In this document: positions 1 to 7,031 of the stretch, piece by piece | How positions within the stretch are numbered: the first letter of the stretch is position 1 | Layout of the letters: the number at the start of each line of letters is the position of its first letter | Source of the DNA: a virus | Length of the DNA: 49,956 nt | IMG/VR virus record: IMGVR_UViG_3300035698_021428 | Reading direction: 5' to 3' (one strand) | Translations under genes and position numbers: made by a program | Notes under the pieces: model-generated | The model's input: the letters and a program-made list of their open reading frames with translations, nothing else | Databases searched by the model: none | What the model was told of the DNA's origin: nothing

Positions 1-90
1 AAGCATCAAAATAAATCAGATGAATGGTGGAGAGATACATTTGGAATCTTTCCAGAAGAACTTGAATCAATTCGTAGTATTTTAGGATAA
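1..90 (+). CDS. 3' end of a CDS entering from upstream of the window (...DEWWRDTFGIFPEELESIRSILG*), function unknown
   Basis: Frame 1 is open from the window edge to TAA at 88-90. The next gene starts 7 nt later. The overlapping minus ORF 6..293 looks spurious. Confidence 0.35.
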   Translation, partial: KHQNKSDEWWRDTFGIFPEELESIRSILG

Positions 91-96
91 ATCCAA

Positions 97-618
97 ATGC
101 CAAAGTTTGAAATAAAATCCAAAGAAATAATGTGTCGTCCTTTTGGTAAATGCGTTCGTTTGCTTGAGGATATACAAGGATGTCCTGGTAGTTTCGCCAA
201 CAGAAATACCAAGGATCTTATTTTATGCGATGGAAAAATTGAAACATCTGGAAAAGCAGATATAATCAATCTGGGGAATGTTCCTTCTGGCATATCATCA
301 GATGGTAAACAAGTTTTTATTGGTTTCTTCTACAAAATAGCACTACCAAATAACGTAATAATGTTTGTTCCTCAATATATGGTAAATATTATTGGCGGCG
401 AGCAAGATTACAAAGAAGAATATAATCGACAAAGAAACCAAATAAAACATGCGACTCCGTATGCCGAAGCTTGCAGCGATATTATTGCAGAAATCTTTAG
501 CAGAGAAATGAAAAAAGATCCAATAGGAAAGTGGGATTGCTTAAAACTACGAGCAGAAATAGAAAATGAATGTAATAAAGCCTGTGCAAAATCATGGTAT
601 CCCATAGAAAATTTGTAG
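97..618 (+). CDS. hypothetical protein (173 aa)
   Basis: ATG ORF from the track, tightly packed after the previous stop. No motif recognised. Ends in TAG. Confidence 0.6.
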   Translation: MPKFEIKSKEIMCRPFGKCVRLLEDIQGCPGSFANRNTKDLILCDGKIETSGKADIINLGNVPSGISSDGKQVFIGFFYKIALPNNVIMFVPQYMVNIIGGEQDYKEEYNRQRNQIKHATPYAEACSDIIAEIFSREMKKDPIGKWDCLKLRAEIENECNKACAKSWYPIENL

Positions 619-642
619 AAGTGAATAAGAATCTACTATAAT
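613..642 (+). promoter_or_regulatory. sigma70-like promoter candidate (TTGTAG - 18 nt - TATAAT) for the LysRS gene, possibly giving a leaderless mRNA
   Basis: TATAAT at 637-642 ends 6 nt before ATG 649 and there is no Shine-Dalgarno sequence. The 13-mer CTATAATAGCAAT (636-648) recurs at 49653-49665. Confidence 0.3.
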
Positions 643-648
643 AGCAAT

Positions 649-1803
649 ATGACAACACCTAATTGGACAGAAGACGTTAGAGCAAAAGGTAACACAAAAA
701 TTACCTGGGCCAATCATCTTTGCGATGACGAGCAAGCGAACGTTGTCGGTCGCGTCGTTTTTGTTCGATCATTCGGTTCGTTGACCTTCATCGTTATCCG
801 CGATGCGGCAGATAGTATACAGATTGGACTGAAGGGCAAGATTGCTCCGCCGCCGATGTGGAGCATTATCTCCGTTCATGGCGTAACTGGTAAGACCAAG
901 AAGGGCGAGCATACTGTTTGGACAGAGAAGTTTGAGTTGCTTGCTGAATGCAACGGAAATATGCCTGACAAGTTTCATGGCATCGAAAATGCTGAATACA
1001 TTTACAACAATAGGCCAGCGCATCTTATCGCTAATCCTGATCATTCTCATAATCTAATGATGCGTAGCCGAATTATTCGGGAGCTTCGTAGACGGCTTGA
1101 AGATGTTCATGCCTTTATGGAAGTCGAAACTCCCTTATTGAACGATGAACCTACAGGTGCCAATGCTAAGCCGTTCATAACTCATCATAATGCAGAGAGC
1201 GAAGACAAGTACCTGAGAATTGCTCTTGAGGTTCCGCTGAAGAAAGCTATCATTGCAGGTTTTCCTAATGTTTTTGAAATCGGTCGTGTATTCAGGAATG
1301 AAGGCGTTGACCGAACTCACCGCCCTGAGTTTACGATGGTTGAGATGTATTCATCTCCTGGTACGCTACAGAACATGAAGGATCTGTTCATTGACCTTGT
1401 ATCTCATTTGCGTGGAGAGTATATCAAGATTCCGACCTATGAGTATGACGACCTTGTAGCTGAACATGGCGAAGATTTTGATGAGCATATGCAGGAACTT
1501 TGCTTCGTCGCTGGTCAGCCTCTTGAACAGACACCGCTTTGCAAGGCTCGTGCTGATGGAAAGGCTGATAGGTTCGAGATCTTCGGTAGAGGCTTCGAGA
1601 TCGCCAACGCTTTTCAGGAGGTTCATACCGCCGAGGAACAGAGAGAGCGTCTTAGCGGCCAAACAGAAGGCTCTGATGACGGCTTGATTGGCGCTCTTGA
1701 GTACGGAATGGCTCCAACAGGCGGAATGGGTATCGGTATTGACCGATTGGTTATGTACCTGCTTGAAATAAACAATGTAAGAGACGTAATTCTTTTTCCA
1801 TAA
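649..1803 (+). CDS. lysS: lysyl-tRNA synthetase-like class II aminoacyl-tRNA synthetase, compact (384 aa)
   Basis: N-terminal OB-fold-like segment (VVGRVVFVRSFGSLTFIVIRD). Motif 2 'FEIGRVFRNEGVDRTHRPEFTMVEMY' is LysRS-type (FRNEG / H.PEFT). Motif 3 is 'GGMGIGIDRLVMYL'. About 120 aa shorter than bacterial LysS. Confidence 0.8.
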   Translation: MTTPNWTEDVRAKGNTKITWANHLCDDEQANVVGRVVFVRSFGSLTFIVIRDAADSIQIGLKGKIAPPPMWSIISVHGVTGKTKKGEHTVWTEKFELLAECNGNMPDKFHGIENAEYIYNNRPAHLIANPDHSHNLMMRSRIIRELRRRLEDVHAFMEVETPLLNDEPTGANAKPFITHHNAESEDKYLRIALEVPLKKAIIAGFPNVFEIGRVFRNEGVDRTHRPEFTMVEMYSSPGTLQNMKDLFIDLVSHLRGEYIKIPTYEYDDLVAEHGEDFDEHMQELCFVAGQPLEQTPLCKARADGKADRFEIFGRGFEIANAFQEVHTAEEQRERLSGQTEGSDDGLIGALEYGMAPTGGMGIGIDRLVMYLLEINNVRDVILFP

Positions 1804-1844
1804 AGAATTCAGTTTAATTTATACAATAAGTCGATAAAAAAGTT

Positions 1845-2036
1845 ATGGCAATCAATGATATTAAGAAACTAGGAGATCAGCTAGCAGGGCTCAAGACTCC
1901 TCAGGAAGCTCGTCAAGTTGGGCAGTCGCTTGATGCTGCTCTCAATGGACAAGAACCGCCAACAGCAGGAGAAGCCATTACAAAGGATCCTGCGCCAACT
2001 CAGCCGCCTTTATCAGCGGCAGCACGCCATCAGTGA
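1845..2036 (+). CDS. hypothetical protein (63 aa), weak call
   Basis: ORF track only. No clear RBS. The 3' end overlaps the tRNA at 2025. Confidence 0.3.
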   Translation: MAINDIKKLGDQLAGLKTPQEARQVGQSLDAALNGQEPPTAGEAITKDPAPTQPPLSAAARHQ

Positions 2037-2113
2037 GCGGCAGGACGCTCACCAGCCTCCTAAGCTGGCTCCTTCGAGAGAAGGTTTCTAGGTTCGAATC
2101 CTAGTGATGGCGC
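2025..2113 (+). tRNA. non-canonical long-variable-arm tRNA; hand-read anticodon CCU (2059-2061); an 8-bp acceptor / 5-bp T stem (tRNA-Sec-like fold) is possible
   Basis: Acceptor cgccatca/tgatggcg. D stem gagcg/cgctc. Anticodon arm ccagc-ctCCTaa-gctgg. The 19-nt variable arm has stem ccttc/gaagg and a GAGA loop. T arm is ctagg-ttcgaat-cctag. Confidence 0.6.
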
Positions 2114-2130
2114 TTTGACTAACAGATATT

Positions 2131-5115
2131 TTATGCTTCTCTTGCGGCTAAATATATTTTGTTATCTGCAAGTTGAACAAAAGTTAGCGGCATTCCGCCT
2201 AAAGCGGCTTCATAATACGCAACTGGAGTGCCTGTAACTTGCGTAAAAATAAGTTGGTTGTTTGCATTTACTGATAATGGAACTCCATTCCATGTAGTAG
2301 AATATGCAACTTGCGTTAAATAATTTCCAAGATCTTGTTCTTCAGTTATTGGCATATATCTTCTATTTTGGCTATCTATATATGTAGCAAATCGAGTGCC
2401 TTTATAAACAAAAGTTTGCGAATGTAGGTTTGCTGATTGGTTTTCAACCCAAACTCCAAGAGAGTTTTGACCAAGAGAATTTGTAAAATAAGTTGATGAT
2501 ATTCCTCCTAGAGAGACTACTCCTCCTGTTTCTGTAAAATCAGTTGAATAAACTACATTGAGACTATGGTCTTCGCTACTATTGGCAACTATAGCAATAG
2601 GATTTCCTCCTATTCTAACTGCATGATTTGCCATAATAGTAAAATTACTTACTGTAGAAGCAGCGGGCGGTAATGGCGTTGTTATCTCTTCAGGAACAAT
2701 TAGTATGGCAGCAGCCTTTGTTCCTGCTGGTTGACCGAATATAGTAGAAAATGGATCTTGTCCGCCGCTGCCGCCTTCGCCTGCTCCGACAGCGCTCGTT
2801 GCTCCTACATGAATATATCCAGCAGGCCAAGATCCATTAATAATACCTTCTATGTTTTGGCTTCCGCTAATTAAGCCAGTTAATATCAATGCTCGGCCTC
2901 TCGGCGGCGTAGAAACAGAAACTAATCGTCTTCCTGCTGCGGCAGTTACGCTAATAGTGCTTGCAACAGAAACAGTATCATCGACATCTATTTTCCAAAC
3001 ACCGACACCTGCAAAGAGAGTTGTTGCGCTCATTGTTACTATAAGATCCCCAGTAGAAGATGCTTGGACTTTATACCATTGAGTATGAAATCGATTAGAT
3101 GCTGAACTCGCATTGTCATCAGCAAGCTCTATAGTATCAAGATCGATTTCTCCGCCTGTTGGGGTTGTGTCATATACGGTACCTGCAACATCTAAAGTAA
3201 TAACATCTTTAAGCGTTCCGTCATTCATGACAGATATAACGCCAACAATATATTCACCTGTTGCAGCAAAAGCATTTGAAATTGTTTTTGTTGTAAAGTT
3301 GACAGTAGAAGCTTCAAATGCTTTGAATGCTGTTTCTGAACCATGATCAGAATAAACGTTTCTATCTACAGAAGAAGTGTTGGTAAGAGTTGCGCTCTCA
3401 GCAGTTGAATCTATTGTGAAATCATATTCTTGACTTGGATCAATCCCGCTAAAAGATGTTCCAAAACGAGCATTATTTGCCCTGGAAAGAGCTTGAGACT
3501 GAGTTAGCTCTGTTCCGTCCCATATAGCAATTCTGTTTACCTGGCAAGGCGCAGAATCATCATAATTTGTGCCATCGAAACGAACGCCTGAGGTTGTTAT
3601 TTTTGAATTTCCTGTACCGCCATAACTGTCTGCTGTCTTTGTTCCTAATCCTCCGAGCACAACTTCGTACTGAAAATCTTTAACAAGTTTACCATTTATA
3701 TAGATAAGCCAATGGCCATTGCCATCATGTGTTAATAAAATATGATATTCTTTTCCTGGCATAAGAGGTATGCCAGAGTTGAGATTATAGCTATTGATAC
3801 TTCCGCCTGTTCTCTCGATGGAAAGATAATTAAATTGCATACATCTCAGAACTAGGCCTTTCCAACCGTTAGCATCTGGATCTACTGTTGCAATATATAA
3901 ACCTCCATTGAATTCATTTGCTACAGCAAGACCAGTTGGAGGAACTTGGGGGTCGCCTTCTCCTAGAAGAAGCAAAGGATGAAGGATGCCCTCGCTATTG
4001 CCATCTACAATTCCATCTGTATCGAGAGGATATCTAGGGATGCCATACCATTCCATTGTTGATGGGCCAGCGTCTATAGAGTTATTTGCAAGAACAATTC
4101 GACCATCAGAGTTATTTAGCTTAACAGCTTTTGTATTTCCTTGAGCTAAATTTTCTTCTTCTTGTCCTGATAATTCAGAAAAAACTAAGGCATAATAGTT
4201 TCTTCCTGAAATATTGTAATCGCTATTAACAGTTATACCAGAAGCAGAAATGCCTACTATTTGACTATCTGTTTTTATAACGAGAGTCCCCCCTCCATCG
4301 TCATCAAGTATCTTGTAGTTATTTGAAAGCATGTCTTTTGTAATAAAAGCATGCGGCTCAATATTTAGGTTTCCTGCTGTATTGGGACCATCTATAATAA
4401 AAGCGGCAGAGCCATTTGTTGCTATAGAAATAACTCTTCCGTTTGAACCATCGCCTGTCCATGAAACAACTTCAAAATCACTTACAGGAGACTGCGTTGT
4501 AAAGAAAGCTAAAGCTTCTATACCTTCACCTAGAGATATGCCGTTATTTTGATTAACCTCAACATCACCTGTTAAAGTAATAGTTCCGTTTCCCAAAGCA
4601 GAAATACGGGCAGCAATGCCTCCTCCATAATCCATATGGATGTTATTTGGCATTGCCTGCGCATAAACAATGGCAGGCTGACTGCTATCCCTCTTTACAA
4701 AAACAGCTTGAGGAGTTGCGTTCTCATTACTGAAAGAGATAGTTCTGTCTGCTGTAGCGTTGCCTATCCAGGAGGTCTCTCTGAACATTCCGGAGCCATT
4801 ATCTTTTATGGCAAGATAATAATAAGCTATTCCGTCTACATTCGCATTTTCTGAAGCTCTGAATCCTTTTCCGTTGAATGGGTCAAAAACATGTCCGCCT
4901 AAAGGACCAATAGCCTCTTCGGAAGGACTAGCATCGAATCTTTGCGATCGACCATGCCATGAAATATTCGTTTTCCAAATAACTGGCAAATCACTAGCTG
5001 GAGCTATGATAACTAAATCAGGTTCAAAATCAAGATTGATAGCAAGCGATTCAGAGGAAACACCAGTATTACGAGATCCAGTATATGTTCCGACAGCAAT
5101 TAGGGGGGATGGCAT
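2131..5115 (-). CDS. large LamG/concanavalin-A-like lectin domain protein, probable fibre or receptor-binding protein (994 aa)
   Basis: Uninterrupted 994-aa ORF. LamG-type segment 'KEYHILLTHDGNGHWLIYINGKLVKDF'. Gly/Ser/Thr/Asn-rich beta-rich composition typical of phage fibres. Confidence 0.75.
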   Translation of the reverse strand: MPSPLIAVGTYTGSRNTGVSSESLAINLDFEPDLVIIAPASDLPVIWKTNISWHGRSQRFDASPSEEAIGPLGGHVFDPFNGKGFRASENANVDGIAYYYLAIKDNGSGMFRETSWIGNATADRTISFSNENATPQAVFVKRDSSQPAIVYAQAMPNNIHMDYGGGIAARISALGNGTITLTGDVEVNQNNGISLGEGIEALAFFTTQSPVSDFEVVSWTGDGSNGRVISIATNGSAAFIIDGPNTAGNLNIEPHAFITKDMLSNNYKILDDDGGGTLVIKTDSQIVGISASGITVNSDYNISGRNYYALVFSELSGQEEENLAQGNTKAVKLNNSDGRIVLANNSIDAGPSTMEWYGIPRYPLDTDGIVDGNSEGILHPLLLLGEGDPQVPPTGLAVANEFNGGLYIATVDPDANGWKGLVLRCMQFNYLSIERTGGSINSYNLNSGIPLMPGKEYHILLTHDGNGHWLIYINGKLVKDFQYEVVLGGLGTKTADSYGGTGNSKITTSGVRFDGTNYDDSAPCQVNRIAIWDGTELTQSQALSRANNARFGTSFSGIDPSQEYDFTIDSTAESATLTNTSSVDRNVYSDHGSETAFKAFEASTVNFTTKTISNAFAATGEYIVGVISVMNDGTLKDVITLDVAGTVYDTTPTGGEIDLDTIELADDNASSASNRFHTQWYKVQASSTGDLIVTMSATTLFAGVGVWKIDVDDTVSVASTISVTAAAGRRLVSVSTPPRGRALILTGLISGSQNIEGIINGSWPAGYIHVGATSAVGAGEGGSGGQDPFSTIFGQPAGTKAAAILIVPEEITTPLPPAASTVSNFTIMANHAVRIGGNPIAIVANSSEDHSLNVVYSTDFTETGGVVSLGGISSTYFTNSLGQNSLGVWVENQSANLHSQTFVYKGTRFATYIDSQNRRYMPITEEQDLGNYLTQVAYSTTWNGVPLSVNANNQLIFTQVTGTPVAYYEAALGGMPLTFVQLADNKIYLAAREA

Positions 5116-5250
5116 AAAATAAGTTCCTTAATAGTGATCTACTATAGTAATCGACATATTAGCTATTTTGATACACATCAGTCTTTTTCCTTTACTGGTG
5201 AGATTTTTGTGTGATAGAATATTTAAAGTCACCAAAAAAGGAAAGCGATT

Positions 5251-5457
5251 ATGGAAGAATTTATCGAACCTGAAATTGAAACCGGCATTCCCTGCTATAT
5301 CTGCGGAAAGCATTCAGGACTTGATTGCGCTGGAAGAGCGCCAGATGAAGCAACCAAATGCAAATTCTGTTTCAAGAAATGGTTGGACGAAGAACGTAGA
5401 TCACAAGAAGAACACGAAAAAGCCTATTTTAAAAAGCTCAATGACGAAAAATCCTAA
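5251..5457 (+). CDS. small Cys-rich (zinc-ribbon-like) protein, 68 aa
   Basis: CYIC...CKFC cysteine pairs. More protein-like than the overlapping 5168..5509 frame. Confidence 0.5.
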   Translation: MEEFIEPEIETGIPCYICGKHSGLDCAGRAPDEATKCKFCFKKWLDEERRSQEEHEKAYFKKLNDEKS

Positions 5458-5590
5458 CAATATACGAACTGCGTGGAATACGATTATTTACAAAGAAATA
5501 CTCCGATGAGGAAGGAAGTGTAGATCGCAGGGGGTATACTCATCAAGCAGAGTTGAAAGCCACTGACCATCAGCGGCAAGGAATAGAACA

Positions 5591-5707
5591 ATGAAGAATG
5601 CAATGAACTCAACATGCGGGACGACAGGAACGACACAAAGCGGCGGCGGTAGCTGCGGTTTTACATCGTCCCATACCCCAACGAGGTCTTGCCCTTCAGG
5701 TTTGTAA
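5591..5707 (+). CDS. candidate 38-aa Cys/Gly/Thr/Ser-rich peptide (MKNAMNSTCGTTGTTQSGGGSCGFTSSHTPTRSCPSGL)
   Basis: ATG 5591 is preceded by AAGGA about 10 nt upstream. TAA at 5705-5707 is followed by a plus-strand terminator at 5737. It competes with the minus ORF 5488..5721, which has a TTG start and no RBS. Confidence 0.25.
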   Translation: MKNAMNSTCGTTGTTQSGGGSCGFTSSHTPTRSCPSGL

Positions 5708-5736
5708 CATAATACAGACAATCAGAAGAGACGTAA

Positions 5737-5762
5737 GGCCTAGTTGAAAGACTAGGCTTTTT
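5737..5762 (+). terminator. rho-independent terminator
   Basis: Stem gcctagt/actaggc, loop tgaaag, then TTTTT. Confidence 0.8.
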
Positions 5763-5775
5763 CGTTTAACAGTAT

Positions 5776-5850
5776 GGCCGTCTACCAAAAATGGACAAAC
5801 GGCTCTGATTGCAAATCAGATGTGTGCGAGTTCGAGTCTCGCGGCGGCCT
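5776..5850 (+). tRNA. tRNA-Cys (GCA)
   Basis: Acceptor ggccgtc/ggcggcc. Anticodon arm tctga-ttGCAaa-tcaga. T arm gcgag-ttcgagt-ctcgc. Discriminator U. Confidence 0.8.
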
Positions 5851-5863
5851 TTGGAGAAATATC

Positions 5864-6052
5864 ATGAAAAAACCAACACTGGTTATAGGGACAATTGGAC
5901 ATGACGATCATGGAAAAACCAGCCTTACTCATGCCATGATGCTGAGAGCTAAAGCAAAAGGTAGAAACATAAACGTAGGTTGCGACATGGGCATGACTGA
6001 ACAAGGAAAATATCTGCTAGACAAAATATCTAGCATGAATAAAGATCAATAA
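5864..6052 (+). CDS. 62-aa EF-Tu N-terminal (P-loop / G1) fragment-like protein
   Basis: 'MKKPTLVIGTIGHDDHGKTSLTHAMMLRAKAKG' matches EF-Tu '[32 protein letters not shown]'. The ORF stops after about 60 codons, so no G3/G4 motifs or domains II/III are present. Confidence 0.55.
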   Translation: MKKPTLVIGTIGHDDHGKTSLTHAMMLRAKAKGRNINVGCDMGMTEQGKYLLDKISSMNKDQ

Positions 6053-6057
6053 AATTA

Positions 6058-6128
6058 GCAGGTATGGCATATTGGCTGTGCATCACTCTTCCAAGGTGAA
6101 TAAAGGAGTTCGATTCTCCTTACCTGCT
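6058..6128 (+). tRNA. tRNA-Gly (UCC)
   Basis: Perfect acceptor gcaggta/tacctgc. Anticodon arm tcact-ctTCCaa-ggtga. T arm aggag-ttcgatt-ctcct. Confidence 0.8.
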
Positions 6129-6491
6129 TTAGAAAGGAAAATTACAAACGAGTTCCAACCAATAGATAAAAGAGAATTTGATGGATGGCTTGACCCAAAA
6201 GGAAACTTCTATCAAACCCGATGTCATATAACATGGGCATCCGAAGATATAAAATACGAGAATAAAGAACTCTACAAAGCGTACAGGAAATGGTTCAGAC
6301 AAAGAAAATGCTTATCGAGTGAAACAGCGGTTGAATTTTTGATGAAGTATCATGGTTGGTGGAAGAGATCATCGATCGCAAATAGCAAATTGTGGTTGGG
6401 AGAAATGCCAGCTACTACTGCTCAAAGAAGATACATCAACAACGACATGGGCGAAAGACAGGATAACGGATATTTTGAAAAAGGATATTAG
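6072..6491 (+). CDS. hypothetical protein, start unresolved
   Basis: Open frame from the ORF track. Its TTG start lies inside tRNA-Gly, and no ATG/GTG/TTG occurs for about 95 codons after the tRNA end. The product '...FDGWLDPKGNFYQTRCHITWASEDI...' is not recognised. Confidence 0.4.
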   Translation: MAVHHSSKVNKGVRFSLPALERKITNEFQPIDKREFDGWLDPKGNFYQTRCHITWASEDIKYENKELYKAYRKWFRQRKCLSSETAVEFLMKYHGWWKRSSIANSKLWLGEMPATTAQRRYINNDMGERQDNGYFEKGY

Positions 6492-6498
6492 GTAAAAA

Positions 6499-6570
6499 GC
6501 GAGATTGATGTTAATGGTAGCATGACTGACTTCCACTCAGTTCGTATCAGTTCAAATCTGGTATCTCGCA
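6499..6570 (+). tRNA. second tRNA with UCC anticodon (tRNA-Gly-like)
   Basis: Acceptor gcgagat/atctcgc. D stem atgt/gcat. Anticodon arm actga-ctTCCac-tcagt. T arm atcag-ttcaaat-ctggt. Discriminator A. Confidence 0.7.
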
Positions 6571-6588
6571 TTTGGGCACAAGCTCATC

Positions 6589-6613
6589 GGAGACTTCGGT
6601 CTTCAACGTTTTT
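6589..6613 (+). terminator. terminator-like hairpin with UUCG loop
   Basis: ggagac-ttcg-gtcttc followed by aacgTTTTT. Confidence 0.4.
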
Positions 6614-6648
6614 GACAAGTGAATAGTTAGTTTTAAGTAATTTTCATT

Positions 6649-6679
6649 CCGCGGCGAAGGTTCGCCCTGCCGCGGTTTT
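6649..6679 (+). terminator. GC-rich hairpin plus T-run abutting the next tRNA
   Basis: Stem ccgcggc/gccgcgg (7 bp), 13-nt loop, then TTTT. It ends 1 nt before the tRNA at 6680. Confidence 0.4.
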
Positions 6680-6762
6680 GCTGATGTGAGCCGAATTGGT
6701 AAGGCAGCACTCTTGTAAAGTGCCGAGGAAACTCACTGCAGGTTCGAGTCCTGTCATCAGCT
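6680..6762 (+). tRNA. long-variable-arm (class II-like) tRNA; hand-read anticodon UGU (6714-6716)
   Basis: Perfect acceptor gctgatg/catcagc. Leu/Tyr-like D loop gaattggtaa. Anticodon arm gcact-ctTGTaa-agtgc. The 14-nt variable arm has stem gag/ctc and a GAAA loop. T arm gcagg-ttcgagt-cctgt. Confidence 0.6.
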
Positions 6763-6768
6763 TTCAAA

Positions 6769-7005
6769 CGAGAAGGAGAACAGCCAACCCATCGCTCTAC
6801 CCGTCACTGTTTCCATACGGATGAGAGGAAGGTCAGGACTGCACTTCGCAAAAACTCAGGAGGCCGTAAAATAGCCGTTCGAACTGGGGAGGCAGCAACC
6901 TCAAACAAGCCTAGCGTGGGCGAAGCGCTATAATGGTTGGGTTGGGGGCCACAAGATAAATGATGGGATAGAACAGGATCCTGCCTACGGGCACTTTCCT
7001 TCTCG
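6769..7005 (+). ncRNA. rnpB: RNase P RNA, bacterial type-A-like but compact (~237 nt)
   Basis: CR-I-like 'GAGGAAGGUCAGGAC' at 6825-6839 (E. coli: GAGGAAAGUCCGGGC). 'AGAUAAAUGAU' at 6954-6964 (E. coli: AGAUGAAUGAC). 'AUAGAAC..UCCUGCCUAC' at 6968-6988 (E. coli: ACAGAACCCGGCUUAU). The P4 helix 6830-6838/6979-6986 has bulged U6833 and three compensatory changes. The P1 helix is 6769-6779/6995-7005. No credible ORF. Confidence 0.8.
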
Positions 7006-7031
7006 TTTTTCAGTAGCATTGGTGTTAACGA

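Noticed and set aside
1561-1580. T-loop-like 'GGTTCGAGATC' and similar strings inside coding regions (also near 23590)
   Set aside because: No flanking cloverleaf arms are present. They lie within well-supported CDSs (the LysRS and MVP genes).
5488-5721. 77-aa minus-strand ORF
   Set aside because: It has a TTG start, no RBS, and runs antisense to a region ending in a plus-strand terminator. Kept only as an alternative to the small plus-strand peptide.
6649-6679. Possible tRNA fragment, because of 'aaggttcgccc'
   Set aside because: No acceptor, D or anticodon arms can be drawn. It is a simple 7-bp GC hairpin followed by TTTT.
6804-7019. 71-aa minus-strand ORF
   Set aside because: It lies entirely inside the RNase P RNA candidate, has no RBS, and its sequence is Pro/Ser/Leu-rich and low in complexity. 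Treated as a non-coding artefact.
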